Assembly (NCBI GenBank): GCA_963817915.1
Contig: CAWFQL010000017.1
Location: 224,001 to 288,000 of the forward strand
Direction of reading: 5' to 3'
From: an uncultured candidate division Zixibacteria bacterium
Lineage (GTDB): Bacteria > Zixibacteria > MSB-5A5 > UBA10806
DNA length: 64,000 nucleotides
The number at the start of each line of letters is the position of its first letter. Position 1 is the stretch's first letter. The notes beneath the pieces were generated by a model. That model did no database searches. It was not told where the DNA came from and worked only from the letters and a program-made list of their open reading frames with translations. Positions 61,234 to 64,000 of this stretch are shown one piece after another. A program made the position numbers and the translations under genes.

Positions 61234-63531
61234 ATGAAGCTTTTAAAGGAATTAGAGAAAGACACCAGGGACAAGATATTGGGGCTGCTCTTTGTGGCTC
61301 TTGCCCTTCTCCTTTTCATCAGCCTGCTCACCTACGATTTTACTGAAGATCACGTTAATCTACAGGCGGCCCTCAATGGCGGTTCGCTTACCGATGTCAT
61401 GGGGACATTGCATAATAGCGGAGGCCTGGTTGGAGCTCTTATAGCCTATTTTCTATTTTCTATCTTCGGATTTTGTGCCATAGCTGTTCCGATATCGCTG
61501 TCTGCATGGGGTGTAAATCGCTTTTTCGCGAAACCATCAACCGCGCAAGTGCGAAAATGGACGTTAATAATCGGCGGATTTATGCTGGCATTGATGACGC
61601 TCATTTCGCTTCCTCATGGCCAGGATTCGCTTGCCGGGCTTGGGGTAACATTTGGAGGAATTATAGGCCACGCCATCGCGTCTTTGCTCCTGACAATGTT
61701 CGGCGCGGTGTTCTCGTATACGCTGGTAATCTCGTCAATTATAACCGGATTAATGTTGGTTATTCCTTCGGCAATGAGCAAATGGAGCAACAAAGCGGCA
61801 ATAGTCGCTCGGACTATTTATTCCAAAATTGCCATTGCGATAAAGTCCCAAAAGAAGATCAAGACAACAGTAATGACTGAGAAGGCGGTATCGGTTGACA
61901 GTTCTTCCCATGAGAAGAAAGGTTTATTGAGAAAGCTCATCTTCATCAAGAAGAAAACGCCTGCCGTTGAAAACATCGCGGCCGATGCAGCGCAGCCGAC
62001 TATTCAGGAAGAAGAGGCCTCTTCTAATACTACAGATGATATCTCTCAAATGATCAAGGACAAGAAGGTGGTCAACCGTATCAAGCCGAAAATAACCCAA
62101 CAGGCGATCGGTTTGTATCATCTTCCAACCGTAGATCTTTTGGATGATCCCCCCGATGGCGGACCTGCAATCGATGAATCGTATTATCGAAAAACTGCGG
62201 AAGCGTTGAGACATACATTGCTGACATTCGGGGTCGAGATAGAGGGGGGAGAAGTAAATATATTCCCCGGCCCGATTATCACTCGATTTGAATTCAAGCC
62301 CGCCAGCGGTATTAAGGTTGCCCAAATCGTGAATCTTGCCGATGATCTGGCGCTATCGATGCAGGCGGAACGTATTAGAATTGTCGCGCCGATTCCGGGA
62401 AAACCGGCGGTTGGCGTGGAAATTCCCAATAAAGTTAAACGCGGAATTTTCGTTAAGGAAATTCTATCATCGAAGGCATTTAAGGAATCCGATTCCAAGC
62501 TGTTGATAGCGTTAGGGAAGACTATTTCCGGCGAATCGTACTGCGCCGATCTGGCAAAAATGCCTCACCTGCTTATCGCCGGTTCGACCGGCTCAGGAAA
62601 ATCGGTCTGCCTTAATTGTATTATCACGAGCCTGATCTTCAGGCTTCATCCGGATGAAATCAGATTTATATTGATCGATCCCAAGCGACTTGAGCTTTCA
62701 ATTTATGACGGCCTGCCCCATCTGGAAAAGCCGGTTGTTACCGAAATGAAAGATGCCGAAAAGCTCTTAACTGATGCGGTACTTGAAATGGAGAATCGTT
62801 ATAGAAAATTGGCGCGGGCTGGAGTGCGCAATATCACCGAATACAATCATAAAGAAAAAGAGGTTCTGCCGTATCTTGTGATTATAGTCGACGAGTTGGC
62901 GGATTTAATGATGACAGGCTCTAACCGGGTCGAATCATTGATCACTCGATTAGCGCAAATGGCGCGCGCGGTGGGAATTCATCTGATACTTGCCACTCAG
63001 AGGCCATCGGTCGATGTCATCACCGGATTGATTAAGGCCAATTTCTCTTCCCGAATAGCATTTCAGACAGCCTCGAAGGTCGATTCCAGAACAATTCTTG
63101 ACGCAAACGGTGCAGAAAAGCTTTTGGGCCGCGGCGATATGCTCTTCTCAAGCCCGGGTTTCCCGGAAGCCATGAGGATACATGGTGCATATATATCCGG
63201 CGGGGAAACAGAACGATTAGTCGATTATATCAGCCAGCAGGAATATCGAACCCGGCCAATTGAGACATTCGAAAAAAGCCTTTCCGATACGATTCCAGGA
63301 TTCGATCCGGCATCCGATCCGCTATTCAATGAAGCAATCGAATTGGTTATCCGACACAAGCAAGGTTCGGTTTCACTGTTGCAGAGACGATTGGGTGTTG
63401 GATACCAACGAGCGGCACGGCTGATAGATCAACTCGAACAGGCGGGGGTCGTTGGGCCCTATGACGGCAGCAAAGCACGCGAAGTGCTGGTCGATGAAAC
63501 CTATCTCAGTTCAAGAGAGAAGCGAAGTTGA
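61234..63531 (+). CDS. ftsK: DNA translocase FtsK/SpoIIIE
   Basis: N-terminal TMs; MPHLLIAGSTGSGKS, IVDELADLMM, ATQRPSVDVITG, gamma domain LLQRRLGVGYQRAAR. Confidence 0.95.
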   Translation: MKLLKELEKDTRDKILGLLFVALALLLFISLLTYDFTEDHVNLQAALNGGSLTDVMGTLHNSGGLVGALIAYFLFSIFGFCAIAVPISLSAWGVNRFFAKPSTAQVRKWTLIIGGFMLALMTLISLPHGQDSLAGLGVTFGGIIGHAIASLLLTMFGAVFSYTLVISSIITGLMLVIPSAMSKWSNKAAIVARTIYSKIAIAIKSQKKIKTTVMTEKAVSVDSSSHEKKGLLRKLIFIKKKTPAVENIAADAAQPTIQEEEASSNTTDDISQMIKDKKVVNRIKPKITQQAIGLYHLPTVDLLDDPPDGGPAIDESYYRKTAEALRHTLLTFGVEIEGGEVNIFPGPIITRFEFKPASGIKVAQIVNLADDLALSMQAERIRIVAPIPGKPAVGVEIPNKVKRGIFVKEILSSKAFKESDSKLLIALGKTISGESYCADLAKMPHLLIAGSTGSGKSVCLNCIITSLIFRLHPDEIRFILIDPKRLELSIYDGLPHLEKPVVTEMKDAEKLLTDAVLEMENRYRKLARAGVRNITEYNHKEKEVLPYLVIIVDELADLMMTGSNRVESLITRLAQMARAVGIHLILATQRPSVDVITGLIKANFSSRIAFQTASKVDSRTILDANGAEKLLGRGDMLFSSPGFPEAMRIHGAYISGGETERLVDYISQQEYRTRPIETFEKSLSDTIPGFDPASDPLFNEAIELVIRHKQGSVSLLQRRLGVGYQRAARLIDQLEQAGVVGPYDGSKAREVLVDETYLSSREKRS

Positions 63532-64000
63532 GTTTTTTTCTAGCCCTAATAGTTTTTATAAATTCTCCCGATTCCACAGCTTTTGATAAAATTGCGCGTC
63601 TGTATTCATCCGCTTCGGGAATTTCCTGGACAATTCAATCGATTACGAATTCAACTGTTTTTGAAGAATCGGATACATCCGAAGTCATTTTCAAATTTAA
63701 CCCGCCTGATACCATATATATGAAAAGCGAAGTCGAGGAAATAATCGGTATCGGCGACACTCTCTGGACGATGTCGAAAAAAAATAAGCAGATCCAGAAA
63801 AAACTGATGGGCGATTTCGTGATGCCGTCGGATTTGATAATCGGTTGGGATAGACAGTATGAATTGGCAAAAGTTACCGCAAACGACGGCACTCGTGAAT
63901 TTCAGCTAATGGGGAAAAAGGGAGTATTCCCGTCGGAGGTTCGTATAGTCGCGAATCCGGAAAATAAAATAGTAAAAATATTGTACAAGAATTCAGCAGG
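63528..64000 (+). CDS. LolA-like outer-membrane lipoprotein carrier (3' truncated by window)
   Basis: Open frame from a TTG overlapping the ftsK stop; hydrophobic leader, then FNPPD...GIGDTLWTMS..NKQ; ftsK-lolA synteny is common. Confidence 0.55.
   Translation, partial: MSFFLALIVFINSPDSTAFDKIARLYSSASGISWTIQSITNSTVFEESDTSEVIFKFNPPDTIYMKSEVEEIIGIGDTLWTMSKKNKQIQKKLMGDFVMPSDLIIGWDRQYELAKVTANDGTREFQLMGKKGVFPSEVRIVANPENKIVKILYKNSA

Noticed and set aside
98..63892. Numerous short overlapping or antisense ORFs in the six-frame track
   Set aside because: They lie within longer, motif-supported genes and lack recognisable domains.

Overview
Bacterial chromosomal window, probably an uncultured diderm anaerobe. 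Dockerin tails and FlgD/T9SS-type 'YPNPFN' C-terminal domains suggest a candidate Zixibacteria-like lineage (inference only). The main feature is an ~18 kb, same-strand extracellular electron transfer locus (11.6-29.5 kb). It encodes a 42-heme cytochrome, two hexaheme OmcS-like (nanowire-type) cytochromes, three further multiheme cytochromes, three NHL beta-propellers, an outer-membrane beta-barrel, two CsgG/LpoB-like lipoproteins and an NrfC/NrfD-type quinol oxidoreductase module. I count 79 canonical CxxCH motifs by hand. Two of its transcription units carry a shared Rex/CRP-type palindrome. The ORF track missed a probable selenoprotein: an HMA domain with CxxU and a SECIS-like hairpin at 32.5-32.8 kb. 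The rest is a biotin carboxylase and carrier, a MarR-EmrAB-TolC pump, secreted peptidases, a tandem duplication of a dockerin protein, central metabolism (mce, MCM, gdh, ndh, malic enzyme, fba, pgi, glgP) and lptD-hup-ftsK-lolA. Several small frameshifts, some in normally essential genes, suggest long-read assembly errors. No rRNA, tRNA, CRISPR array or mobile element was recognised. All family calls come from motif recognition, not database searches.
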